Shown in pieces: positions 40,787 through 54,177 of a stretch of 64,000 nt of DNA. The notes beneath the pieces were generated by a model. It was not told where the DNA came from. It did not search any database and was given only the letters and a program-made list of their open reading frames with translations. The stretch covers positions 1-64,000 of the forward strand of contig NW_021830450.1 of NCBI RefSeq assembly GCF_006345805.1, given 5' to 3'. The DNA is from Octopus sinensis (lineage: Eukaryota). The position numbers and the translations under genes are program-made. How positions within the stretch are numbered: position 1 is the first letter of the stretch; every line of letters starts with the position of its first letter.

Positions 40787-42612
40787 TACACACACACATA
40801 CACACGTACACATACACGTACTCACAACTACATACACATACGACACGCACGCACATACATACACACACACACAAATGAACCCACACATACATCCCATACA
40901 CACAGCACACAATTATACATACACACGCACAATTATACATACATGTGGACACACATACGCACGTACAAGCACACACGCATACATACACAAAGTAAAGCAT
41001 AGTTATTCGCCACACACACAAACTCTACGCATACACACACGAACACACACATACCTCCTCTTGCACTCTCCTGTCTTTGAAAGAACTTTTCTTCACCCAT
41101 TTCCTTCCGGTCATTCAAAATGTGACCGTTTGTGTACCGTTGGCGATTTTTTTCCTCCGTCTTTCCTTCTCTGGATCTTTCCTTTTCCTATGGTTCTGAC
41201 GAAGAGCTCCGCTCGAAACGTAAAACCCTCCTTGGACGTGGAACAAATATAGTATTATTGGACGCTCAGGAAAGAAAAAAGAAGGAGGGTTTAACGTTTC
41301 GAGTGGAGCTCTTCGTCGGAAACATAGGAGAAGGAAAGATACAGAGAAGGGAATACAGAGGAAAAAATCGCCAACGGTACACACGCGGTCACAGGTCACA
41401 CACACACATACACACGTACACATACACGTACTCACAACTACATACACATACGACACGCACGCACATACATACACACACACACAAATGAACCCACACATAC
41501 ATCCCATACACACAGCACACAATTATACATACACACGCACAATTATACATACATGTGGACACACATACGCACGTACAAGCACACACGCATACATACACAA
41601 AGTAAAGCATAGTTATTCGCCACACACAAACTCTACGCATACACACACGAACACACACATACCTCCTCTTGCACTCTCCTGTCTTTGAAAGAACTTTTCT
41701 TCACCCATTTCCTTCCGGTCATTCAAAATGTGACCGTTTGTGTACCGTTGGCGATTTTTTTCCTCCGTCTTTCCTTCTCTGGATCTTTCCTTTTCCTATG
41801 TTTCTGACGAAGAGCTCCGCTCGAAACGTAAAACCCTCCTTGGACGTGGAACAAATATAGTATTATTGGACGCTCAGGAAAGAAAAAAGAAGGAGGGTTT
41901 AACGTTTCGAGTGGAGCTCTTCGTCGGAAACATAGGAGAAGGAAAGATACAGAGAAGGGAATACAGAGGAAAAAATCGCCAACGGTACACACGCGGTCAC
42001 AGGTCACACACACACATACACACGTACACATACACGTACTCACAACTACATACACATACGACACGCACGCACATACATACACACACACACAAATGAACCC
42101 ACACATACATCCCATACACACAGCACACAATTATACATACACACGCACAATTATACATACATGTGGACACACATACGCACGTACAAGCACACACGCATAC
42201 ATACACAAAGTAAAGCATAGTTATTCGCCACACACAAACTCTACGCATACACACACGAACACACACATACCTCCTCTTGCACTCTCCTGTCTTTGAAAGA
42301 ACTTTTCTTCACCCATTTCCTTCCGGTCATTCAAAATGTGACCGTTTGTGTACCGTTGGCGATTTTTTTCCTCCGTCTTTCCTTCTCTGGATCTTTCCTT
42401 TTCCTATGTTTCTGACGAAGAGCTCCGCTCGAAACGTAAAACCCTCCTTGGACGTGGAACAAATATAGTATTATTGGACGCTCAGGAAAGAAAAAAGAAG
42501 GAGGGTTTAACGTTTCGAGTGGAGCTCTTCGTCGGAAACATAGGAGAAGGAAAGATACAGAGAAGGGAATACAGAGGAAAAAATCGCCAACGGTACACAC
42601 GCGGTCACAGGT

Positions 42613-42615
<3 letters not shown>
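40787..42615. repeat. Three near-identical tandem units of 608-610 bp, each with an inverted pLTR-like pair
   Basis: CTGACGA recurs at 41196, 41804 and 42412; inverted arms 41121-41233 / 41282-41392 in unit 1. Confidence 0.95.
41800..41834 (+). ncRNA. Minimal type I hammerhead ribozyme, canonical core (also at 41192 and 42408)
   Basis: gttt-CTGACGA-A-GAGC-tcc-GCTC-GAAAC-GTA-aaac: 4-bp stem I, 4-bp stem II, loopless palindromic stem III ACGT. Confidence 0.75.
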
Positions 42616-42651
<36 letters not shown>

Positions 42652-44851
42652 TTAAGAGTTAAGGAATGGAGTCGATAAGATGCTGGCTACATAGTTTCAT
42701 AATGAACGGAATCTAGGAAGTGGTAAATATCGGAAACGATGTTTTGAAGTAAAGTTTACATTGTCGCAAGGAGGTACTTGTTAACACATAGAAGAATCAA
42801 TGAGAACGATTGATTTTTCCTTGTGTTAACAAGTTTCATTCAATCCGGATACCCTTGGCCTGATACACCTCACTTGGATATTTATCACTCACCATGAAAC
42901 ATAAGTAACCCGCATCATTTCTCCTCCATTCCTTAACTCTTGTATTCTTATTCGAACACACGGCAACTCTGGTCACCTGCTGTGGAATATGAAAAAGAAC
43001 TTCTTTCAGTTCTTCGATTCGAAAAAAAATGTCCACAACCTTCCGTCTCAATAAACCTCTATTGTCCCTGAAAGTTGTGTTTTATATTTACTACGGATTG
43101 CTTGAAGCGAACTTTCTTCCTACACCTCGATTCTTGAATCTTATGTATATACACACGTGTATATTATGTATAAATACATACATACACGCACGCATGTCTT
43201 TCTCTCTGTCTTTGATTCCTCCCCGATGTTGACAACTGGTCTTGGCTTATTTATGTCCCCGTTGCGTAGCGGTTTGGTAAAAGACATCGGTAGAATATGT
43301 ACCAGACTGAAAAGAAAAAGAAGTACTGGGGTCGATTAAATTAACCAAAACCCTTGAAAGCAGTGCCTCAGCATGGCCGCAGTGCAATTACTGAAATAAT
43401 TAAAAGAAGATAGTGTTTGAACGAGTGTTTGCTATGCTTTTATCTGTGTACTTGAGTGCCTAACTTTGTGTTTATGTTTTATATGTGTCGAAATGAATCC
43501 TGTTTATTAGTGTAATGACTATTATTGTATCCATACAGTAGTAATTGTATTTATTCTATGATCGGTTTCCGCCAGCCGCTGTGGTCATGCTGGGGTATCG
43601 TTTAACTACAATGGTATCACATTTCATAGTTTAACGTTACATCTCATCACAGACGTCAATTTTATGTTTGTTTTCTTTTTTTGCGTTGTTATAGTCTAGT
43701 TGTTCTTTCTCAGCTTTGATTGAGAAGACCTATGATCGCCATAGTCATGACGTTCTGGCCATGAACTTTTTAAGGTATCAGGCACTATATTCGCCAAAGA
43801 TCCGCTTCGGTTTTTTTCTTTATTTAGTGTTCTTTTCTAATTTAAGCGAAATTAATTTCTACTTCTTGCAGATCTAGCGGCGGTGTAGGGAGCTCACTGT
43901 TTCCCTGCATGGTACTAAGTATTTCACCATAGTAATTGAATATAGTATCGGCCTACCGGCCAAATATTGATGTCTTTATCAAACACATGGTGTCTTTGGG
44001 TGTATAGCTTATACATGGGCGATGATTATATTTTCATGATATTTGGTGAGATGAAAAATTTGAATTAGAAATTAACGATGTTCTTCAAATTTTGAGTTTT
44101 TGGTAATCATGAACAGTAATATTTCATTATTTTCAGAAATCACCAGCATGACATTATCTAAGGCATGTGAAATAAACATTTTATGAAGTACATATTTATG
44201 TGTATATATACGTGTACGACAAAAAAATACGAAGCACGGGTACATGGAACATGAGCTATTCTTTCGAACAACGAATGACACAAATGGAAAACAAAAGAAG
44301 CAACATAAAGAACGACCCTTCATCATTTGTTGGCTGTTTTTCTAGTCTCGTATTTCGTGTATTTAACAACAATATACACTTTCGATTAAACAGTTGCTCC
44401 CGCAAAGCAAATTAAATAAAATTTGGCATTTTGCGGAGAGTCAAAATTGGTAACAAAACTAGGACTGTGAAAAGAAACAGGAAGGGCTTCTAAGTCTAAA
44501 CGAGGTTGTGGTGGCGAACGCGTAAATCAGGCTTGAACAGGAGACGAACAAGAACACGTCTTCCTTGTTCCAGCTACAACGGAGTGAAAGAAACACAAGT
44601 TAGGAGAAGAAAGAAAGATGGCCGATGTTCACGTGCGAGCCACGTAAGCAAGGGAGGAGGAGAGTGAGAGAGAGAGAGAGAGTGACAGAGAGTAATAGGA
44701 TAGAATATTGAGTGAAGGGCAAGTAAAAGAATAAGAGAGAGAAAGAGAGAAAAACGAAAGAGTAAAAAGATCGTATAGAGCGCGCATCAGAATTATTAAG
44801 ATAAAACTTACTTGGAAGAGAATGCGTGCCGTTCAATCATATAATAATATA

Positions 44852-44953
<102 letters not shown>

Positions 44954-45316
44954 GCATACGTATATGTACATACATCTGTATATATATATGTGTGTGTGTG
45001 TGTACATATAAATGTGTGTATAAATAAATATTTATATATATACATATATTTATATTCATATACATGTATGGAATTCTAAGTCTACGCAGTAGACATACTT
45101 ATCAGATTTACCTATTTCACCGAATATTGAAAAAAGATCAAGTTTCGTCTCTTATCGTGATATCGTCAGATGCGTCTACCTTATTTGATCAATTCCGGTG
45201 GAGCTACAAATTTACATAATATAAATGATTAAAACTTTAATCAAATTTCAGAAACTCCTGAAGGCGGCAAGCTAATAGAATCGTTAGCACGCCGGGAAAG
45301 ATACTTAGCGGCAAGG

Positions 45317-45610
45317 AGAAGGAATGTCTGTCGCCACTTCATCATGGCTGTTCCATACGAATCATCATGGATAGCATTTTGTAATCAGAAGAGGATGCCT
45401 CTTGTAGCTGATAATTATCGATGCAATCGGCTGGTTATCGATGCATGTCGCTAGAAGATGGTAGGGGTTCGCTCCCCTGCTTGCAATATATATATCGGAG
45501 GCAGATTGTATTAATAACTAGCTAGAGGTGTCCTCATGGGGTTAAAACAATGGTAGTAACGTCGGTTCGTACGGAACAGCCATGTTGAAGTGGCGACAAA
45601 CATTCCTTCT
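45317..45610. mobile_element. MITE-like element with 45-bp terminal inverted repeats
   Basis: agaaggaatgtctgtcgccacttcatcatggctgttccatacgaa versus its reverse complement at 45566-45610, 3 mismatches; no TSD recognised. Confidence 0.7.
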
Positions 45611-45619
45611 GATAATAAT

Positions 45620-45810
45620 CTTTTCGATTAAAGACTTGAAATTTTGAGGGAAGGAACTAGTCGATTGCCTTGAGCACAATGCTTGGTTTATCGCGCTTGA
45701 AAGATTAAAAGGCAGGGTCGACTACGACGGAACTTGAACTCAGAACGTTAAGACGGATGAAATGCCGCTAAGCAGTTTATCCGGCGTGCTAACAATTCTG
45801 TCAGCTTAAC
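45620..45810 (-). mobile_element. SINE-like family B (further copies at 46510-46875, 55990-56130, 62700-62930)
   Basis: ggtcgactacgacggaacttgaactcagaacgttaagacggatgaaatgccgctaagca...ccggcgtgctaac. Confidence 0.75.
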
Positions 45811-48045
45811 ACCACGGCTTGCTTCATAATAGTAAACTTCTGGTTGACCTGCTACACTTTGAAAGTCTCTTTTCATTTAACAAAATGAAATTAAAAAAAT
45901 AAAAAAATAAAGAAAAAATTCTATCTTCCTACACAATGGAAGACAATTTCTATTATACAAATAAGAACATTTGAAATGATAAAAACATTGTAGAATTTTA
46001 AAAATTAACAAATTTTTCAGGGACCAACAAAACATGAAGAAAAATAAGAGGAGCAATTTACATTTCATTAGTGAGATGTTCCAAAAGCTCTTCTGCAAAA
46101 TCATTGGTCATTTATATTCTAGAGTAGAGAGAGGTCAACACTCAATTAGATTCTATAACATTCGTTCCAATAAAATATATTTACAAAATTGATTTAAGAA
46201 AGTTAATCTAGTAAAGTCTTTGAGATATTTTGAAGTTAATTTTTATTTTAGTGAACATGAGAATTTAATAAAGTCTAGAATTACATTCTGACCTCAAATG
46301 TGACCTTGTATTATATTTAGTTATAGTCTAGTTTGGAGCTGTTGAGGATTACAAAACAGACATGGTACCGTTTAATATAACTATATTTAATATCTTTGAC
46401 ATATGGGTGCATTTTTATTATAAAGGAGCTGACCTGTCAAATTTTGATTATAATTGTGCATAATGGAATAATTTTCCATGTTATTTAAAACTAATATTGA
46501 TTTCTCGCGGCGAACTGACATTGTGGTTAACGTATCAGTCAGAATGTCTAAGCAGTGTTTATTCCGGCCGTCTTTGCTGTAAGTTCAAAACCTCTTATGG
46601 TAAGTCTACCTTCTATCCTTTCGCCATCAGTTGATGATGTATACATTGTATATTTATATACACTATATGTTGCATGTCCTTTCTATTAAAGCTGCAAGGC
46701 TTGAAATTTGGAGGGAAGACGCAGTCGGTTACATCGACCGGTACATATTTAATCGACCTCGAAAAACTGAAAGGCAAAGTCGACCTCGGCGAAAATTTGA
46801 ACTCAGAACGTTAAGACGAAGGACATGTGGCTGAGCATTTTGTCCGGAGAGCTAATGACTTTGTCGGCTCGCTGCTTTGACATAAATGCTTTATATGTTA
46901 TATAAGATGTCATAAGCTACACGCTTTCTATATAAGACTTCTAATTTATTTAACTCAACAAGTTTCCATCAGAGTGAATATCTCTCTTAAAACAAACAGC
47001 AAAATGTTGTCAAAATAAAGGGGCTTTTGCGGATTAGTTTCTGAAGGCAAAGACCATAACGTTTTGTCGGAACTATAAGACTGGTGGTAGGGAGAGAGGT
47101 TGAAACTACTACAGACGACACACTACAGTAAGAAGAAATGCATCAATACATCGCTAGTTATCCTCAGACTAAGGACATATTTGCTGAACAATGAACCCAA
47201 TTAATGACTGAGCCACTCGCTCAGCCAATTGGAGATGTAAAACAAGACTATGCAGTTCGTCGGCCATTGTAGTGAAGACGAAATACATGGGGCAGGTATT
47301 CGCCTAAAATCTATTTTCCCAATTTCATTCTCGAAACTTGATACATCAACCCAGTGCTTTGATACAAGGCACGTACTGAAGGTGGCGCAGTGTGATCGAA
47401 CACGTAATCACGCGAGTATAAAGCGACCACCCTAACCATACGTTTATATCCACACCCAAATGATTTTCCAGTTGATCGATGAATATAACCTGTGTGGTTT
47501 GTGGAGGTTTTGAGCGATTTATGCGACAAATCAAATACTCTTTGAAAGTTGACTTAAGAAAGAACTGGACGAAACTATATCGAAATAGAATCTTTTTGCG
47601 AAACACAGGGATTTGCTTTTTTAACTTATTATCATCATAACATTTTCAATTCAGAAAATGTTTCTATGTATTTACAAGTCACTTCCGGTAGTTTATATAA
47701 TGTAGCCTGGAGATGAAAACGCTGCACAAACGTTTGTAGATCAGCCGGAAGGAAACATCAAAAGACAGAACGCTTCAAGTCCCCCAGGACAGAAAGGTAA
47801 CAAAAGACGGTAATAAATCTTGTAAAGTACTGCGTGGTGTTCCTCGACGTGAAACCATGTTAGAATTACAAGATGCTACGACAGAATGCGCAAACATATC
47901 TTACATCTGCATCATTTGCATATGTACAAGCGAACGTTTGGAGAAAGGGACGTTAAATGAGGATGATGATGATGATGATGATAAATATCTGTGTGTGTTT
48001 ATATACACATGTATATATACGTACATATCATATTTATAACATTCA

Positions 48046-48366
48046 GTGAAGGCGCGTGGCTTAGTGGTTCGGGGCATTCGGCTCACGATCGTAAGGTCGT
48101 GAGTTCAATTCCCGGCGACGCGTTGCGTCCTTGAGCAAGATACTTTATTTCACGTTGCTGCAGTCCACTCAGCTGGCAAAAACGAGTAGTACCTGTATTT
48201 CAAAGGGTCAGCCTTGTCACACGTTGCGTAACGCTGAATCTCCCCGAGAACTACATTAACAGTACACATGTCTATGGAGTACTCAGCCACATACACGTTA
48301 ATTTCACGAGCAGGTCGTTCGTTGACCATATCGGCTGGACCATCATCATCCTAACCGACGGAGTGC
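48046..48366 (+). mobile_element. tRNA-derived SINE with CORE/V-like middle and family C tail
   Basis: ggcgcgTGGCTTAGTGG...GAGTTCAATTCCC; tccttgagcaagatacttt...cagtccactcagctg; tail matches 9891-10062. Confidence 0.85.
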
Positions 48367-48384
48367 ATCTTTTATAACATACAA

Positions 48385-48449
<65 letters not shown>

Positions 48450-48571
48450 CTCACATATATATTCAGAACATAAACCGACAAATATTTTGACCAATACTGA
48501 GAAAGTTCCGACAGAACGTCTCCCTGCCCTTATGCTTTAGTTATTGACCCCGAAGTGAGGAAAAGGTACGT

Positions 48572-48627
<56 letters not shown>

Positions 48628-48877
48628 ACTACTACTACTACTACTACTACTACTATATAATTATATATATATATATATATATAATTATAATTAAGGGCAT
48701 CTAAAAGATACCACCATGCTAGATATAGCAGTCAAAACTTGACTCTAAAACCACATCAAATATTCATACAGTATTAATTTTAATAATAATAATTACCTAT
48801 GAGGTTTTTATTCCCATGCTAGCCACTTGATATGATCGGTATTTTAAATAACGATCTTATCCTTACTTATATAAATT

Positions 48878-48907
<30 letters not shown>

Positions 48908-48912
<5 letters not shown>

Positions 48913-49338
48913 AAACAAGTCAAAAATAGAAAATGCTAAAATAATTTTATAGTGAACATTTCAGTACCGGTTTCGGTCATTTTGAGACCTTTTCAACTGT
49001 AACGATTAAATAATTAAATTTAGAAAAATTAGAAGAAAAGTTTTTTTAAAGGAATATTTCTATAGTAGTGTTAAGATATAAGTGGCATTCTGCCTTTCTC
49101 TGACTCCCTTGTTTCTCGAACACACAAGTGCAAACAAGGGAGTCAGAGAAAGGCAGAATGCCACTTATATCTGAACACTACTATAGAAATATTCCTTTAA
49201 AAAAACTTTTCTTCTAATTTTTCTAAATTTAATTATTTAATCGTTACAGTTGAAAAGGTCTCAAAATGACCGAAACCGGTACTGAAATGTTCACTATAAA
49301 ATTATTTTAGCATTTTCTATTTTTGACTTGTTTTTTCA
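48908..49338. repeat. Near-perfect palindrome, 207-bp arms, 17-nt spacer, inside (TA)n; inverted pLTR-like pair
   Basis: Arms 48908-49114 and 49132-49338; one mismatch seen (gttAaga versus gttCaga). Confidence 0.95.
49247..49284 (+). ncRNA. Minimal hammerhead-like ribozyme, U3:A8 variant (mirror copy 48962-48999, minus strand)
   Basis: cag-TTGAAAA-GGTC-tcaaaat-GACC-GAAAC-CG-GTA-ctg; stems I and II pair; palindromic stem III ACCGGT. Confidence 0.7.
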
Positions 49339-50067
49339 CACATATATATTATATATATATATATATATATAGGGTATAAGAAGTATTGGCGTCAAGAACA
49401 CCCAATGGTGTCAAGTAACGCTAAGTGCTATGGATAGACAATAGTTAAGCTCCAGGTTCGATAATGATACAAATGTTAAGTATACACACAAACACACACA
49501 TACAAGCACATATATGTACACACATACACGTATGTGTGTCTTTTTTCTTCGTTACACTGTTTATATGTGTGCGTACTTATGCATGTATGTACAAATCATA
49601 CGCTTGCATGCACATGCAAACACATGCACGCTCACACACATATATATAGTATATCTATAATATAGGATAATTATATACATATTTATAATATACATCATTG
49701 ATGTATACATGTGTGTATGTACGTGTGAGTACAGACACCCAAACACACACACACAGAATGAGAGAAACAGCGAGAGAAGGTGAGAAGGTAGTAGATATAA
49801 AAGGTGGAATGCTGAAAAACCGGAAAACGAAAAAGAACACAGAAAAAAGAAAGCGGGAGAGGTATTAGAATTATTTATCCTTAGACAGTAAAATATAAGG
49901 CTGAAAAGATAGTGGTTTAGAGTCTGTGGTACAGTTGTTCAATTCGAAGAGAGTGGCACTTTGCAATTCGTCAACAGGAACTTAATCATATGCTTACAAC
50001 CGCTGAAAATTTCAGATCTAGAATTCATCCAACTAGAAGATGGAGGAATGTGGTAACATCACCTGTT

Positions 50068-50148
<81 letters not shown>

Positions 50149-51011
50149 TTATTTATCTATCTATTTATCTATCTGTCTATTTATCTACCTATCTATCTAT
50201 CTATCTATCTATCTATCCATCCATTCATATATACATACATACATACATGCTTACATACATAAATACATGCATACATACATGCACACATACACATGGTTAT
50301 GTATATAAATGAAGGGAGATAGTGAGAAGAAGAGAGAACGTGAGAGAGAGAGACTGAAAAAAGGAGATTAGAAAGAACATACAATTAAAAGGAAGAGCAA
50401 GAAAATCAGGCAGTGGAAAAAGAGTAGGAAAAAGAAACGCGACAAAGACAATGACAGAGTGTGTTCACTGAAAATAAATGTGAAATAAAATGAAATGGAA
50501 GAGAATGTAATGTTTTGGATTATACTCTTTATCAGGAAAAAGGAGAAAGAATTAAAGTTGGTAAGAGAGAATGCGTAACAATTTATGAGGATCAGGTTTA
50601 TTGTAAAGAAGGCAGTTGGATAGTGAAATAGAAGTATTTGGAAATAGAGTCAGGGCATAGTGAGAGTAAGGATGGAAAGAGGGTGCATCAGAGGGGGAAG
50701 AGAGAGAGAGAAAATGAAAGGGGGGAGAAGGAGGAGAAATAGAGAACAGGAAAGAGAAAAGGTGCGATGCGAGAGGGGAATGATACCTGTCACGTGGGTT
50801 GGTGATATGAGGCAGATCTTTAACTCAGAACATAAACCGACAGTTATTTTGTCCAATGCTGAGAAAGTTCCGACAGAACGTCTCCCTGTCCTCATGCTTT
50901 AGTTATTGACCCCGAAGGGAGAAAGAGGTACGTCTGCTTGCACAGGATTTGAAATCACTGCGCAGTGAGCCGTTGTTGTATTATAAAGTATCAAGAAACT
51001 GTTAAAAGGTT

Positions 51012-51068
<57 letters not shown>

Positions 51069-51161
51069 AGCTGCTGTTGCTGCTGCTGCTGCTGCTACAA
51101 CTACTACTACTTGTACTACTATTGGTGCTGCTGCTTCTGCTGCTATCTCTAGCAGTAGTAC

Positions 51162-51205
<44 letters not shown>

Positions 51206-51839
51206 ATGCTACTGCTACTACTACTATTAATAATAATAGTCATAACAGTAACAACGATAACAACAACAATAACAACTTCAACAACAGCAACAATAATAAT
51301 AATAACAATGATAATCAATGAAGTGATGAATGAATGAATGAATGAATTGAAAAGAAGAAAATTTCGTTTAGTAAAACGAAAAGCAGAGAGAAAGAGAGAG
51401 AGAGAGGGAGGGAGAGAGAGAGGGGGGTAGAGAGTTACAGAATACAAATCAGGGAAATAGAATTCGTAAGCTAAACTTCAAGATAATGATGAAACAGCAT
51501 TCGTTTGTCAGCCACTAAAATAGTTTTCATTTATAGATCTTTGTAAAAGCCGGTCCGCTACAAGTAACTACCTCCAAATGAAAGCACACACCATACCTTA
51601 ATCGAATAATTGCATTATTGCTGCCAATGTCCGCTCAATATTAGGAGAAATATTAAAGTAAGAAGCTAAGAAATAATATAAATGCTAATTAGTCTTTGGA
51701 ATTTCAGCAGTAATGGTTTTCACAAGAAGAGGAGCGCAGGAATTTCATTTTACAGCCAACAAACCTTATCAAATTAAGCGTGTTTCTATGACATGATAAC
51801 ACGCGCGCACAGACACACACACAGACACACGCACGCGCA

Positions 51840-51878
<39 letters not shown>

Positions 51879-52173
51879 ACACACACGCCGGTCGCGCACA
51901 TGCGTACATGCGCGCGCACACACACACGATTATGTATATCGCAATATATATATATGTGCAATATCTGTGTATATACATATATACTTTTACAGATATATAC
52001 ATGGTTATATATCTAAATATGGACATGAATATATGTGTATTTGTCTCTACGCATACTTAACTGTACACACACGCATGCCCACACACACACACACACATAT
52101 ATATACACAGACATGTATATATATATATATGTGTGTATATATATGTATGTATATATACATGCATGCATACACA

Positions 52174-52243
<70 letters not shown>

Positions 52244-52247
52244 CATA

Positions 52248-52294
<47 letters not shown>

Positions 52295-52492
52295 TATATT
52301 GTATATATATATACGTCCATCCATATACGGTTACGCCTGTCTTTTAGTAATAGACTAAATTTATATGAATTTGTCAACAAAAGCATTCTTGCGAATTTTT
52401 CAATCAAAGAATGTAGAAAGAATTTTATTCTGTGAATAATAAACCGAAGTAAAACCTTCAAAGCTATGAGCAGAAGTAATAATAATAATAAT

Positions 52493-52525
<33 letters not shown>

Positions 52526-52689
52526 AACAATAATAATAATAATAATAATAATAACAAAAACATCAACAACAACAAAAATAATAATAACAACAACAGCAAC
52601 AATAACAACAACAACTACAACAACAATAATAATAATAATGACTTTATCTGCCAAGAAAAGAGGGAGGCGGTGGACTTTTACAACTGGCA

Positions 52690-53892
52690 ATAACAATAAA
52701 GATTGCTACAATTGGCCTAGACACCTACCTGAAAAACTCTGGGGACTGGATGTTAAAACTTGTCTCAAAACATGAAAACAAGAAAGCATCATACTCAGTA
52801 ACAAAACAGGCAAAGGAATAGCTAAGTGAATTCCGAATACAACAAATTTCGGAATTAGACATACAAGAAACAAGCACAGAAAAAGCTAAGCGCTTGAAAA
52901 CTCGTGCTAAAACTGCTGCCTTAGATATTCTGAATGATAAATGGAAAGAAAAACCTCTCAATGGCTAATACCCAAAAAGAGCGAATAATGCAGATGTTGA
53001 CAAAGCCCTGTCCCATCAATGGCTAATGGCCTCTGGCTTAAAATCTGAAGCAGAAGGGTTTATTATAGCAGCTCAAGATCAGTGCCTACCTACAAGGAAC
53101 TACCAGGCCAACATATTAAATAACGGCAGTAGCCCAACATGTCGTGTATGTCAACAACAAAATGAAACCATTGATCATGTTGTCTTCAAGTGCAGTCTTC
53201 TTGCGCCTACAGAGTATCTCAACAGGCATGATAGAGCTGCACAATATATTCACTGGGTAATTTGCAAAAACCTGGATTTGCCCCCATGATAAAAACTGGT
53301 GGGAACACAAACCACCTCCTCCAGTGCTTGAAAATGACCATACCTCACTCCTCCAGAACGTCACCATTCAAACTGACTGAAAGATAGATGCGAATAGGCC
53401 AGGCATCATAGTAAAAGACTTGAGACAAAAAACATGCCTCCTCATTGATATGACTGTCCCAATCGATATAAACGTATCTGTCAAGACCTACCAGAAACTG
53501 AGCAAATATAAAGATCTTGAAATAGAAATCAGCAAAATTTGAGACCTGGAGACTAAAACAATACCTGTTGTCATATGTGCCCTGGGAATGATAGCAAAAC
53601 GGGCTGGTTGCTACCTAATCCAGATACCAGGAAACCCCAAAATGGCAGAAATTCAAAAGATAGTGCTCATGGAAACTGCTCATATCTTACGCAAAATACT
53701 TCCTATGTAATCTTAAGATTTCAAACAAACATAACTTTCGTATGGTTTTTTTTAGGCATTCACTAGTAGAACACTAAGTATAAAACCAAATATATGGCAC
53801 CCTAGGCATAACACCAACATGAACTTCCAACTTGTTGTCTCTTGATGTCTCTGGGTGAGGCATGGAGCCAGCTTGTGCAAAAGCCAAACATA
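52690..53892 (+). pseudogene. R4/Dong-type 3' fragment with CCHC knuckle, REL endonuclease and 3'UTR
   Basis: GLKSEAEGFIIAAQDQCLPTRNY, CRVCQQQNETIDHVVFKC, RHD, CLLIDMTVPID..KLSKYKDLEIEI; (AAT/AAC)n on both sides. Confidence 0.92.
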
Positions 53893-53909
53893 GAATAATA
53901 ATAATAATG

Positions 53910-53954
<45 letters not shown>

Positions 53955-54024
53955 TAATAGTAATAGTAATAGTAATAGTAATAGTAATAATAATAATAAT
54001 AATATAATAATAATAATGATGATG

Positions 54025-54073
<49 letters not shown>

Positions 54074-54177
54074 TGATGATGATGATGATATGATGATGAT
54101 GAGATGATGATGATGATGATGATAATAATATAATAATAATATAATAATAATAATAATAATAATATAATAATAATAAT

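Noticed and set aside
40787-42615. CRISPR-like interpretation of the regular repeats
   Set aside because: Units are 608 bp with identical interiors, eukaryotic context, no cas genes.
42836-43051. Non-repetitive 71-aa minus-strand ORF
   Set aside because: No recognisable motif; probably decayed TE sequence.
44210-44400. Repeat shared with 62200-62345 containing partial hammerhead-like pieces
   Set aside because: Real dispersed repeat, but no complete core plus stems could be assembled.
45135-45172. Minus-strand CTGACGA-TATCACgataaGAGAC-GAAAC
   Set aside because: Canonical core, but two stem II mismatches and no stem I; could be chance.
47040-47300. QFVGHC, resembling an RTE C-terminal motif
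   Set aside because: Single short motif; insufficient support.
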